A stretch of DNA of 64,000 bases, from assembly GCA_033720975.1 (NCBI GenBank), contig JAWWBL010000001.1:8611-72610 (forward strand), given 5' to 3'. Source of the DNA: Acidimicrobiia bacterium. GTDB lineage: Bacteria > Actinomycetota > Acidimicrobiia > Spongiisociales > ZC4RG35. This document shows, in pieces, positions 9,463 to 18,856 of the stretch. The stretch's first letter is position 1, and every line of letters begins with the position of its first letter. The translations under genes and the position numbers were made by a program. The notes under the pieces were generated by a model. The model did not search any database. It was not told where the DNA came from and worked only from the letters and a program-made list of their open reading frames with translations.

Positions 9463-10157
9463 ATGGCTCGATCGTGGTCACTGGCGCGGCGCGCGGCATA
9501 GGAAGGGCGATCTCGAGCCGGCTTGCCGCCAATCCCTCACTCACCGTCATCGGCGTCGACATCTCACCGGACCTGGCGTCAGTCGACGACATCGTCCCGG
9601 TGCAGACGGATCTGACCAATGACGATGGCGTGGACGCAGTGACTAGAACGGTCGAAGAGAGTGGTTCACCGCTTCTGGGCATCGTCAACAACGCTGGCAT
9701 CACCCGGGACGCCAGACTGGTCAACATGACCGACGAGGACTTCGCGGCCGTCCTCGACGTGAACCTCGGAGCTTCCTACCGACTGTCAGATGCCCTGGCG
9801 CCGCTCATGACCGAGGGAGGCTCGATCGTCAACATCGCCTCGCGCGCCTATCTCGGCAACTTCGGCCAGTTCAACTACTCGATGTCGAAGGGCGGATTGG
9901 TCGGCCTCACCAGGGCGATGGCCCTCTCATTGGCGCCCGGCATCAGAGTCAACGCGGTCGCACCCGGGCTGATCGGCACCGAGATGGCCATGGCGATCCC
10001 AGAAGACGTGTTGGACAAGATGGTCGCGGCGATACCCCTGGGGCGAATGGGATCTCCGGACGAGATCGCAAATGTGGTCTGGTTCCTGCTCACCCCCCTC
10101 TCGTCCTACGTCACCGGTCACGTGCTCGTCGTCGGTGGAGGAAGGTCCCTCAGCTAG
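9459..10157 (+). CDS. SDR-family oxidoreductase (FabG-like)
   Basis: TGAARGIGRAI Rossmann motif, NNAG, and an S...Y...K-like catalytic region (SMSKGGLVGL, PGLIGTEM). Confidence 0.85.
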   Translation: MNGSIVVTGAARGIGRAISSRLAANPSLTVIGVDISPDLASVDDIVPVQTDLTNDDGVDAVTRTVEESGSPLLGIVNNAGITRDARLVNMTDEDFAAVLDVNLGASYRLSDALAPLMTEGGSIVNIASRAYLGNFGQFNYSMSKGGLVGLTRAMALSLAPGIRVNAVAPGLIGTEMAMAIPEDVLDKMVAAIPLGRMGSPDEIANVVWFLLTPLSSYVTGHVLVVGGGRSLS

Positions 10158-10603
10158 TAGTAGAGGCGGGAGAGCCGCTCCGCCACCATCGCCGGCTTCT
10201 CCTGGCCCTCGACCTCTGCGATCACCGTCTGTTTCATGTGAATCCCGCCGGGGACCTCACTGACCTCATCGAGCGTCACCCTCATACGGAGCCTCGAGCC
10301 GACCGGGACAGGGGCGGGAAACCTGACCTTGTCGAGGCCGTAATTGACTCCCATCATCGGGTTGCCGACGTCGAGAGGCACCTCGGCGGCCAAGGCGACG
10401 CTCAGGGACAGGGTGAGGAACCCGTGGGCGATCGTGCCGCCAAACGGTGTCTGAGCCGCCAACTCCGGGTTCACATGTATGAATTGATGATCGTCCGTTG
10501 CTTCCGCGAACGCGTCGACCCGCTCCTGGCTGATCTCATGCCAGGCGCTGGCACCTAGCTCCGTGCCGACCAGGCTTTGGAGTCGTTCCAGTACTTCCTT
10601 CAT
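10154..10603 (-). CDS. MaoC-like (R)-specific enoyl-CoA hydratase / hot-dog dehydratase
   Basis: FIHVNPELAAQTPFGGTIAHGFLTLS is the MaoC hot-dog signature. The track ORF runs to 10831, but the domain starts at MKEVLERL, so I trimmed the start to the ATG at 10603. Confidence 0.7.
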   Translation of the reverse strand: MKEVLERLQSLVGTELGASAWHEISQERVDAFAEATDDHQFIHVNPELAAQTPFGGTIAHGFLTLSLSVALAAEVPLDVGNPMMGVNYGLDKVRFPAPVPVGSRLRMRVTLDEVSEVPGGIHMKQTVIAEVEGQEKPAMVAERLSRLYY

Positions 10604-10693
10604 GAGTCGGATTCTCGCATGCAACAGAGGTTCGGGGCGAAGCGAAGTTTCAGGCATGGCCGCTTCCCCTCGGAGAGCGCTAGCCTTCAGGCC

Positions 10694-10999
10694 ATGGCCG
10701 AGAAAACCAAGTTGATGGTCTGGATCGATCAAGACCTCTGCACCGGGGACGGCATCTGCGAAGAGATCACCCCGGACGTGTTCGTCGGTAGAGACGATGG
10801 GCTGTGGGTGGTCAAAGAGGACGCCAAACACTTCGGTGACACAGTGGTCTTTGACGGCGAGCAGGCCCCAGACGGCGCGCGTGGCATGGCCCGAGTGCCT
10901 GACTCACTGATCGAAGACGTGATCGAGTCGGCCGAGGAGTGCCCCGGAGAGTGCATCATGATCGAGCCCTTCCAGGAGTCAGCCGTCCACAGCGGCTGA
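10694..10999 (+). CDS. Ferredoxin (single-cluster Fe-S)
   Basis: IDQDLCTGDGICEEITPDVF ... ECPGECI cysteine pattern. Start trimmed to MAEKTKL at 10694, inside the longer track ORF. Confidence 0.65.
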   Translation: MAEKTKLMVWIDQDLCTGDGICEEITPDVFVGRDDGLWVVKEDAKHFGDTVVFDGEQAPDGARGMARVPDSLIEDVIESAEECPGECIMIEPFQESAVHSG

Positions 11000-11036
11000 C
11001 CCAGCCGATCTGTCCCACTAACTACTCTCCCCGCTC

Positions 11037-12635
11037 ATGCAGGTTCTGAAGAGCAGGGTCGACACGCGTTCCGAGCAATATCGGGAAAATCGCGCCGCCA
11101 TGCTGGCAAAGCTGGAGGAGTTCGAGGCTCTTCTCGACAAGGCCCGCGAAGGAGGAGGACCCAAGTACATCCAGCGGCACCGCGAGCGGGGCAAGCTCCT
11201 CGCCCGGGAGCGCATCGAGCTGCTCGTGGACAGGGACTCACCCTTCCTCGAGTTGTCCACCCTGGCCGCGTGGGGCACCGACAAGCCGCTGGGGGCAAAC
11301 ATCGTCACGGGCATCGGGGTCGTGAACGGGGTGGAATGCGCGATCCTCGCAAACGACCCCACGAGCCAAGCCGGGGTTTTCAACCGGTTCACTCTTGCCA
11401 AGTCGCTTCGAATCATGGACATCGCGATGGAGAACCGGCTTCCTCTCGTCAACTTGATCGAGTCCGGAGGGGCGGACCTGCCCGACCAAGCCGAAGTGTT
11501 TCTCGTGGGCGGAAAGTGGTTCAGAAATCTGACCCGCCTTTCCAAGAAAGGCATACCGACCGTCGCCATCGTGATGGGAAGCTCTACTGCCGGTGGCGCC
11601 TACTTCCCCGCCATGTGCGACTACGCGGTGATGGTCAAAGACCGGGCCAAGGTCTTCTTAGGGGGCCCGCCACTGGTCAAAATGGCGACCGGAGAGGAGT
11701 CGACAGACGAAGAGCTCGGGGGTGCCGAGATGCACTCGAAAGTGTCTGGGCTCTCGGACTACTTCGCCGACGACGAGACCGAGGCAATCCGGATCGGCCG
11801 CGAGATCATTGGGCACATCAACTGGCGAAAACAGGGCTACGGCCCGACCAAACCGGCTGACGGCCCGGTCCATGACCCGGAGGAGTTGCTGGGTGTCATT
11901 CCCTCCGACCTGAAGATCCCATTCGACATGAGAGAGATACTCGCCCGTGTCCTGGACGGCTCCCGATTCGAGGAGTACAAGGCGGTTTACGGGACCTCGA
12001 TACTCACCGGTTGGGGCTCACTTCACGGCTACCCCATCGGAGTCGTCGCAAACCAACAAGGTGTGATCTTCTCGGAGGAGGCCCAGAAGGCGACCGAGTT
12101 CATCCAGCTCAGCAATCGCCATGACACGCCGATTCTCTTCATTCACAACACCACGGGGTACATGGTGGGCAAGGATTATGAGCAGAGGGGGATCATCAAG
12201 GACGGGGCGAAGATGGTCAACGCCGTAGCCAATTCCGAGGTACCTCACATCGCCTTGATGGCAGGCGTCTCGTACGGCGCCGGCAACTACGGGATGTCGG
12301 GCAGGGCATACGAGCCGCGTTTCGTATTCGGCTATCCGAACCACAAGGTTTCGGTGATGGGCGCCAAGCAGCTGGCTGGTGTCATGTCGATAGTGGCTCG
12401 GCAGTCTGCTGAGTCCAGAGGCGAGGAGTTCGACGAAGAGGCCGACGCGGCGCGTAGTGCCGAGCTCATCGAGGAGATGGAACATGCCGAGCAGGCCTAC
12501 TACTCAACTGGCAGGGTTCGGGACGACGGATTGATCGACCCCCGCGACACCCGAACGGTGCTTGGAATCTCCCTATCCGCCATTCATTCCGCACCGGTCA
12601 AAGGCACCGATCGGTTCGGGGTGTTCCGGATGTGA
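11037..12635 (+). CDS. Acyl-CoA carboxylase carboxyltransferase (beta) subunit, methylcrotonyl-/propionyl-CoA carboxylase type
   Basis: 532 aa. The N-terminus RENRAAMLAKLEEFEALLDKAREGGGPKYIQRHRERGKLLARERIELLVD matches the MCCase/PCCase beta-subunit pattern, and the ORF has the two-domain crotonase-fold length. Confidence 0.9.
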   Translation: MQVLKSRVDTRSEQYRENRAAMLAKLEEFEALLDKAREGGGPKYIQRHRERGKLLARERIELLVDRDSPFLELSTLAAWGTDKPLGANIVTGIGVVNGVECAILANDPTSQAGVFNRFTLAKSLRIMDIAMENRLPLVNLIESGGADLPDQAEVFLVGGKWFRNLTRLSKKGIPTVAIVMGSSTAGGAYFPAMCDYAVMVKDRAKVFLGGPPLVKMATGEESTDEELGGAEMHSKVSGLSDYFADDETEAIRIGREIIGHINWRKQGYGPTKPADGPVHDPEELLGVIPSDLKIPFDMREILARVLDGSRFEEYKAVYGTSILTGWGSLHGYPIGVVANQQGVIFSEEAQKATEFIQLSNRHDTPILFIHNTTGYMVGKDYEQRGIIKDGAKMVNAVANSEVPHIALMAGVSYGAGNYGMSGRAYEPRFVFGYPNHKVSVMGAKQLAGVMSIVARQSAESRGEEFDEEADAARSAELIEEMEHAEQAYYSTGRVRDDGLIDPRDTRTVLGISLSAIHSAPVKGTDRFGVFRM

Positions 12636-14581
12636 TGGTCAACAAGGTTCTGGTAGCAAACCGGGGGGAGATCGCCCGCCGGATCTTCCGCACGTGCGCC
12701 CGGATGGGTATCGGAACGGTGGCCGTCCACTCCGATCCCGACTCCTCCTCACCTCACGTCTCCGAGGCCGAAGAATCAGTCAACCTTCCCGGATCCGCCC
12801 CGTCTGAGACATACCTCGACATCGATGCCTTGCTCTCGGCGGCCAAGGCCACCGGTGCAGATGCCGTCCATCCCGGCTACGGGTTCCTATCCGAGAGCGC
12901 GGAATTTGCAGAGGCCGCCATCGGCGCGAATCTCACCTGGATCGGTCCGACCCCGGCGTCGATCGCAGCCATGGGCTCCAAGCTGGAGTCGAAGCGCATC
13001 ATGACCGAAGCGGGTATCCCCGTGCTCGAGAGCGCGGTCATCGACGGCTCGGCGAGCCTCGACGAAGCCGCCGCGTCGATCGGCTTCCCTCTCCTGGTCA
13101 AAGCGTCGGCCGGCGGGGGCGGCAAGGGGATGAGAGTGGTTGACTCGCCCGACGACCTCGCGACCGCAGTGGACTCGGCCAAGCGCGAGTCGAGATCCGC
13201 CTTCGGGGACGACACCGTGTTCCTCGAGAGATACCTCGACTCGCCGCGCCACATCGAGATACAGGTCTTCGGCGACACCCACGGAAACGTCATCTCGCTG
13301 TTCGAAAGGGAGTGCTCGATCCAGAGGCGACACCAGAAGATCATCGAGGAGTCGCCCTCCGTTGCCATCGATGAGACGACCCGGGCTGCCATGAGCACCG
13401 CCGCAATCGAAGCGGCCCGTGCTGTTGAGTATGTCGGAGCGGGAACTGTCGAGTTCCTGTTCCAGGACGGGGAGTTCTTCTTCCTCGAGATGAACACGAG
13501 GCTTCAGGTGGAACATCCCGTGACGGAGATGATCACTGGCCTCGACCTTGTCGAGATGCAGATCGAAGTCGCCCGGGGAGAGCCACTGGCAATGATGGAT
13601 CCGACGACGAGTGGGCACGCCATCGAAGCCCGTGTCTACGCCGAGGACCCCCTCAGCGAATTTCTGCCCGTTACCGGCACGGTGAAGGCCTTTGACTTCG
13701 TGCCTGCTCGAGGCCTTCGAGTTGACTCGGGAGTGGAGTGGGGCTCGGAGATCTCGGTTCATTACGACCCAATGCTCGCCAAGGTGGTAGCACACGCTCC
13801 CACCAGGGATGAGGCGGCCGCCCTCCTGGCGCGCTCGCTGCGCCAGGCCAAGATCCACGGATTGACGACCAACAGGGCACTTCTGGTGCGCATCTTGGAA
13901 CACGAAGAGTTTCTGGAAGGCTCGACCGACACACACTTCCTGGACCGCAACCTCCCTTCGGAGCTGGGTCGACCCCTCGCCGGACCTGGGCAGGAGCGTC
14001 TCGCCGCCGTGGCGTGCGCCTTGGCCGATCAGGCCTTCGAGCGAGCCAAGTCCAAGGTTCTCGGCACGATTCCATCGGGATGGAGAAATGTCCGTGTGAC
14101 CGGCCAAAGCCGGGCCTACCAGGGATACCACGGAGAATACGAAGTCGAATACACCGTGACCGGTGAGTCGGCCGTGGTCACCGGGATCGGTGAGATCCCC
14201 ATTTCGGAGATCGCATCGAACGGGGTATCACTCGGTCATGACGGTGTCGAACACATCTTTTCCGTTGCCCGCTACGGGCTCGACCGCTACGTGGACTCGG
14301 TCGAATGCCCAGCACACCTCGTCGAGCTGGCTCGATACCCCACCGCCGACATCGATGACGAAGTCGGGTCTCTGCACGCCCCTATGCCCGGGAAGATCCT
14401 CCAGATCGGGGTCGCCGTGGGAGATGAGGTCGAGGACGGCCAGGTGCTGATCGTGATGGAGGCCATGAAGATGGAGCACACGCTGCGTGCACCCCACGGC
14501 GGCATCGTGACAGAGCTGCGCTGTCAGGTCGGGGACCAGGTCGAAGGTGATGCCGTCCTGGCGGTCGTCGACGAGGCCTGA
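12632..14581 (+). CDS. Acyl-CoA carboxylase alpha subunit (biotin carboxylase + biotin carboxyl carrier domain)
   Basis: KVLVANRGEIARRIFR, ATP-grasp GGGGKGMRVV, and a C-terminal biotinylation motif EAMKMEH. ATGA-coupled to the beta-subunit gene. Confidence 0.9.
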   Translation: MMVNKVLVANRGEIARRIFRTCARMGIGTVAVHSDPDSSSPHVSEAEESVNLPGSAPSETYLDIDALLSAAKATGADAVHPGYGFLSESAEFAEAAIGANLTWIGPTPASIAAMGSKLESKRIMTEAGIPVLESAVIDGSASLDEAAASIGFPLLVKASAGGGGKGMRVVDSPDDLATAVDSAKRESRSAFGDDTVFLERYLDSPRHIEIQVFGDTHGNVISLFERECSIQRRHQKIIEESPSVAIDETTRAAMSTAAIEAARAVEYVGAGTVEFLFQDGEFFFLEMNTRLQVEHPVTEMITGLDLVEMQIEVARGEPLAMMDPTTSGHAIEARVYAEDPLSEFLPVTGTVKAFDFVPARGLRVDSGVEWGSEISVHYDPMLAKVVAHAPTRDEAAALLARSLRQAKIHGLTTNRALLVRILEHEEFLEGSTDTHFLDRNLPSELGRPLAGPGQERLAAVACALADQAFERAKSKVLGTIPSGWRNVRVTGQSRAYQGYHGEYEVEYTVTGESAVVTGIGEIPISEIASNGVSLGHDGVEHIFSVARYGLDRYVDSVECPAHLVELARYPTADIDDEVGSLHAPMPGKILQIGVAVGDEVEDGQVLIVMEAMKMEHTLRAPHGGIVTELRCQVGDQVEGDAVLAVVDEA

Positions 14582-14601
14582 CCCACCCTCACTTTCGTCG
14601 G

Positions 14602-15822
14602 TCATCTCGGGAAGGCTGCGAGGACCTCCAAGACCTCCTCGATGTCATCCGCAGTGTGGTCCGCGTTCACCTGAAACCTGATCTCCTCATCGCCCTTGGG
14701 CACCACAGGGAAGTTCAGACCCGTTGCCAGCACCCCATTGTCGAACAGATGGGTGACCAGATCCGTGGTGCGGGCGGTGTCTCTCACCATCAGAGGGACC
14801 ACCGGGTGGGGTCCGGAGATGGTCTCGAACCCCGCCTCCACCAATCCCGACTCAAACCGGGCTGTCATGTCACCGAGATGAGCAAGCATCTCCAAACCCT
14901 CCGGTGAGTCGACGATTCCGACGGCCATGTCGGCCGCCGCTGCCTCACCTGCGGTGATCGGGTTGGAATAGATGTACATCGGCGCCTTCTCCCTAAGAAA
15001 GGTGATGAGGCGCTCGGAGCCCACCACGTAGCCGCCGTTGACCCCGAACGCCTTGCCCAGTGTGCCGATCAGGACATCCGCCTTGCCGGCGGTTACCTCC
15101 TCCGTGCCCCGCCCGGTGGCGCCGAACGCCCCGACACCGTGTGAGTCGTCGACAACGACGAGCACATTTTCGGGATAAGACTGATCATGCCTTCGGGCCA
15201 CATCGATGATCGTGCCGACATCGGCGAAGTCACCTCTCATGGAAAAGACGCCGTCGGTCACGACAACCGCCCGACGCGCCTCGCCAGCGCGGCTTACCAG
15301 AAGCTCGTCGAGGGCATCCATGTCGAGATGGGAATAGACATGGCGGTCCCCAGACTGGGCCAAGCGCACGCCGTTGATGATGGAGTTGTGGTTCAACTCG
15401 TCGCTGAACACAGCCGTCTCAGACGTGATCAGTGAGACGATCGTCGATACGACCGCGGCATACGCTGACGAAAAGATGATCCCCGCTTCACGTCCGTGGA
15501 ATCCGGCCAGCCTCCTCTCCAGGTCGACATGCGTTCGATAGGTGCCGGAGATGAATCGGACGGCCCCTGGCCCGGACCCAAAGCGCGCTGTCACTCCCTC
15601 TTCAGCGCCTACGACGGCAGGATGATGTGAGAGGCCTAGATAGCTGTTCGAGTTCATCTTGATGAATTCGGTCTCAGAGCCCTCGAGGAGGTAGCGCCGT
15701 CCTCTGCCGCCCTTGGGCTCGATGGTCCCTGTGATCACCGACTCGGGCCCCTTCGCCGTTCCCGACGTCAGCAGCGAAGCGATTTCTTCAGCGAGGACCT
15801 CGTCGAGGCGGTCGTGTGGCAT
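14602..15822 (-). CDS. PLP-dependent alpha-oxoamine synthase family enzyme (glycine C-acetyltransferase Kbl / 8-amino-7-oxononanoate synthase-like)
   Basis: NSNSYLGL, DDSHGVGAFGATGRG, and GTLGKAFG, where the Lys binds the cofactor. Matches the class-II aminotransferase acyltransferase subfamily. Confidence 0.85.
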   Translation of the reverse strand: MPHDRLDEVLAEEIASLLTSGTAKGPESVITGTIEPKGGRGRRYLLEGSETEFIKMNSNSYLGLSHHPAVVGAEEGVTARFGSGPGAVRFISGTYRTHVDLERRLAGFHGREAGIIFSSAYAAVVSTIVSLITSETAVFSDELNHNSIINGVRLAQSGDRHVYSHLDMDALDELLVSRAGEARRAVVVTDGVFSMRGDFADVGTIIDVARRHDQSYPENVLVVVDDSHGVGAFGATGRGTEEVTAGKADVLIGTLGKAFGVNGGYVVGSERLITFLREKAPMYIYSNPITAGEAAAADMAVGIVDSPEGLEMLAHLGDMTARFESGLVEAGFETISGPHPVVPLMVRDTARTTDLVTHLFDNGVLATGLNFPVVPKGDEEIRFQVNADHTADDIEEVLEVLAAFPR

Positions 15823-15857
15823 CGCCCCGGGTTTAGCAGGTCGATAACGTCACGGTC

Positions 15858-16748
15858 ATGACGAGACTGGGATTCATCGGGCTCGGGATCATGGGGAGAG
15901 GCATGGCAGCGAACCTGATCTCGGCCGGGCACGAAGTGACTGTGTGGAACCGCACATCCGGAAGAGCAGAGGGTTTGGACGCGAAGGTCGTTGATCAGCC
16001 TCAGGCGGTAGGGCCCGAGAGCGACATCGTGTTCGTCTGCGTTTCAGATACATCGGACGTCGAAGAGGTCGTCTTTGGCGACGCTGGTGTCATCCACGGG
16101 ATGACAGAAGGCGACGTGTTGGTCGATCACTCCACCATCTCGCCGGTAGCCACTGCTGAGCTCGCCACTCAGGCTTCGAGTCTGGGCATCGACTGGGTAG
16201 ACGCCCCGGTCTCGGGCGGATCCGAAGGAGCGGTCAACGGCACGCTCGCCGTGATGGCGGGCGGACCCGCCGAGGCGTTGGAACGCGCCAGACCGTTCAT
16301 GGACGCGTTCTCCGCATCGATCGTCCACGTCGGCGAAAAACCAGGCTCGGGCCAATTGGCGAAAGCCGTGAACCAGGTCCTGGTGGCTCTTCACGCTCTC
16401 GCCTTGTCCGAGGCGTTGCTACTGGCTGATGCTGCCGGGCTAGACCTGAGGACAACCCTCAGCGCTGTGGAGAACGGCGCGGCTGGATCCTGGATGCTCT
16501 CCAACCGGGGACCACAGGTCATCGACCGCGACTGGACACCCGGGTTCACGATCGACCTTCAGCAGAAGGACAATCGAATAGTGCTCGAGACCGCAGACGC
16601 CCTAGGGGTCCCGCTGCCCGGCGTCGCGATGGTGTATCAGTTATACCGCTCTCTGCAGGCGCGGGGGTTGGGACATGAAGGAAACCATGCCTTGGTCAAG
16701 GCTCTAGAGCAGCTCGCCGGGCATGAGGTCGGTGACGGGAGCGGCTAG
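15858..16748 (+). CDS. NAD(P)-dependent 3-hydroxyisobutyrate dehydrogenase / 2-hydroxy-3-oxopropionate reductase family
   Basis: LGFIGLGIMGRGMAANL N-terminus. A 6-phosphogluconate-dehydrogenase-like fold about 296 aa long. Confidence 0.85.
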   Translation: MTRLGFIGLGIMGRGMAANLISAGHEVTVWNRTSGRAEGLDAKVVDQPQAVGPESDIVFVCVSDTSDVEEVVFGDAGVIHGMTEGDVLVDHSTISPVATAELATQASSLGIDWVDAPVSGGSEGAVNGTLAVMAGGPAEALERARPFMDAFSASIVHVGEKPGSGQLAKAVNQVLVALHALALSEALLLADAAGLDLRTTLSAVENGAAGSWMLSNRGPQVIDRDWTPGFTIDLQQKDNRIVLETADALGVPLPGVAMVYQLYRSLQARGLGHEGNHALVKALEQLAGHEVGDGSG

Positions 16749-17191
16749 CCCAGCAGGTCGGCCTTCACACGCTCAACGTGTCCGGTGGCGCGCACATTTC
16801 GATATTCCTTCTCCAGCTCACCGTTTTCGTCGACGACGAAGGTCGACCGAATGATTCCCTCGAAGATCTTCCCGTAGTTCTTCTTCTCACCCCAGGCTCC
16901 GAGGCTCTCGGCGAGCTCGTGGTCTTCATCGGAGAGCAGGTCGAAGTTGAGCCCTTCCTTCTCCTGGAACTTCTTGTTTCGCTCCGGCGGATCAGGGCTC
17001 ACACCCACGATCCGGTAGCCGGCGTCGGCAAACTCGGAGTAGGAGTCCCGGAAGTCACACGACTCGACAGTGCACCCGGGCGTCATCGCCCTCGGGTAGA
17101 AGAACATCACATATTTGCTCCCGGTGAAGTCGCCATCGGTGACCGTCTCACCGTCCTGGTTCACCAACGAGAAAGTGACCTTGTCTGTCAT
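16745..17191 (-). CDS. bcp: Thiol peroxidase / peroxiredoxin Bcp
   Basis: FFYPRAMTPGCTVESC peroxidatic-Cys motif and GVSPDPPERNKKF. About 148 aa. Confidence 0.85.
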   Translation of the reverse strand: MTDKVTFSLVNQDGETVTDGDFTGSKYVMFFYPRAMTPGCTVESCDFRDSYSEFADAGYRIVGVSPDPPERNKKFQEKEGLNFDLLSDEDHELAESLGAWGEKKNYGKIFEGIIRSTFVVDENGELEKEYRNVRATGHVERVKADLLG

Positions 17192-17234
17192 GGGTCTGAC
17201 GATACCGCCACCGCCAAGTCAACGACACCGATCG

Positions 17235-18179
17235 TTATGACGCAGCGTCCGCGGCCTTCGCCTCGTCGGACCGCAGGAAAGTGGACCCTCCCGCCCAGAA
17301 TCCCAGACCGGCGGGGAGCCAGTAGGACACGACTCGGAACACGAGAATCGGCACCACAGTGGTAGCTGCAGGAAAGCCGTATGCGGCGAGGATGCCGGCC
17401 AGACCGAGCTCGGTTATCCCCGCCCCTCCGGGGGTGCCGGGGAGCCCGCCGATGAGGGCCGAGCCTCCAAAGGCTGCCATCACCTGAAAGCCGTCTACCC
17501 GTATCCCGAAGGCGAGGAGCACCAGATAGAGAGCGGCCGCCTCGAGTCCGATACGGGCCCACACATAGAGCTGAGACTCGAGCTTGGGGAAGTGGTTGAC
17601 CATCGAGTCCTTGACCTTGTCCCGAACGAACCTGGGTAGGTAGTTCGAGATGGTCCCGAGACGCCCTGAGCCGAACATGAGGATCAGCCCGATGCCAAGA
17701 ACCACAGGAGCGAGAATGACGAGGCTTATCGAGAATCCTCCGATCTCAGCGGTTTCCAGGGGCCGAGCGAAGAGGAGGCCCAGGCCCGTCAGCATGAGCA
17801 GCCCTGCGTAGTTGAGAAGGACGGTCCGCAGTGCCGGCCCTGCCGTCGAGCCCTTGGTCTGGTCTCGCAACGTCCATGCCATCCCCACCGGGGTGATCGC
17901 CCCACCCGCCGGGATGAGACGGGCGATTCCCGCCCCGACCAGAGCGGCCTTGAAAGCGGTCCACGGTGAGACATCCTCACCCGACTCCTGAATGGACTCG
18001 CGGAACAACAGGCCGAAGAACCATTTGGCGGCTATCTGAGAGAGCGCCGCCAGAAGTACCAGCGCCACTGCGAGGTTGCTCAGGGGAGGGACCTCGAAAT
18101 TGGTGACGACCCAGTAGCCGACGGCGATGTAGAGGGCTGCGGCCGTTCCCGCAATCCACATGACCCGTTTCAGCGTCAT
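17235..18179 (-). CDS. UPF0104 / lysylphosphatidylglycerol-synthase-TM-region-like integral membrane protein
   Basis: About 8 predicted TM helices. The Gly-rich GGLPGTPGGAGITELG segment is typical of this flippase-like family. Overlaps the plsY stop by 4 nt. Confidence 0.6.
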   Translation of the reverse strand: MTLKRVMWIAGTAAALYIAVGYWVVTNFEVPPLSNLAVALVLLAALSQIAAKWFFGLLFRESIQESGEDVSPWTAFKAALVGAGIARLIPAGGAITPVGMAWTLRDQTKGSTAGPALRTVLLNYAGLLMLTGLGLLFARPLETAEIGGFSISLVILAPVVLGIGLILMFGSGRLGTISNYLPRFVRDKVKDSMVNHFPKLESQLYVWARIGLEAAALYLVLLAFGIRVDGFQVMAAFGGSALIGGLPGTPGGAGITELGLAGILAAYGFPAATTVVPILVFRVVSYWLPAGLGFWAGGSTFLRSDEAKAADAAS

Positions 18180-18841
18180 GAAGTCAGAGGGTCCTCTGCA
18201 GTATCGCCGGGGGCATTGGGATCCTGGTCTGTGTCGTACAAGATCCGCCTCATCGCGAATCCGGACTCGCGGGGGCTATCGGGATTCCCCTGCACCCGAC
18301 GCCCCATGAGGATCAACGCCAGGAGCGCCAACATCAGCGACTCCGTGGCAGGGCGCCCCAATGCCACCGCCAGGATCGGAAGCAGAGCCCAACCAAGGAA
18401 TCCCGCCAGGCCACCACCGATCTTCCATCCGACGATCGACCAGCCCGCGGTCCAGATCAGATACGGCCAGTAGAGGCCAAGAATCAGCCCTGCCGAGGTA
18501 GCCAACCCACGACCTGATCGGCCCCTCATGAATATCGACCAGTTGTGACCCGCTACAGCGGCAATGCCGGCCAGGCCGGATGCACCGGGGCCGAGACCCA
18601 TTTCCGCCGCCACCAACACCGGGGCCGTGCCTTTCAGTCCGTCGAGGAGTCCGGCGACAATCGCCCACGGCAGACCCACCTCACGCTTGAGGTTGCCCGC
18701 TCCGACGTTGCCAGTCCCCACGGTCCTGAGATCGACACCTTTGATCTTCGCCATCACTTGCGAGAACGGGATGGAGCCCAAGAGATAGGCCCCGAGCATG
18801 AGGGCGGGCCAATACACCAACGGCATCGATGGGTTGTCCAT
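18176..18841 (-). CDS. plsY: Glycerol-3-phosphate acyltransferase PlsY
   Basis: YLLGSIPFSQVMAKIKGVDLRTVGTGNVGAGN matches the PlsY N-terminal motif. Multi-TM protein about 220 aa. Confidence 0.8.
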   Translation of the reverse strand: MDNPSMPLVYWPALMLGAYLLGSIPFSQVMAKIKGVDLRTVGTGNVGAGNLKREVGLPWAIVAGLLDGLKGTAPVLVAAEMGLGPGASGLAGIAAVAGHNWSIFMRGRSGRGLATSAGLILGLYWPYLIWTAGWSIVGWKIGGGLAGFLGWALLPILAVALGRPATESLMLALLALILMGRRVQGNPDSPRESGFAMRRILYDTDQDPNAPGDTAEDPLTS

Positions 18842-18856
18842 CGAAGCGGAATCTAG

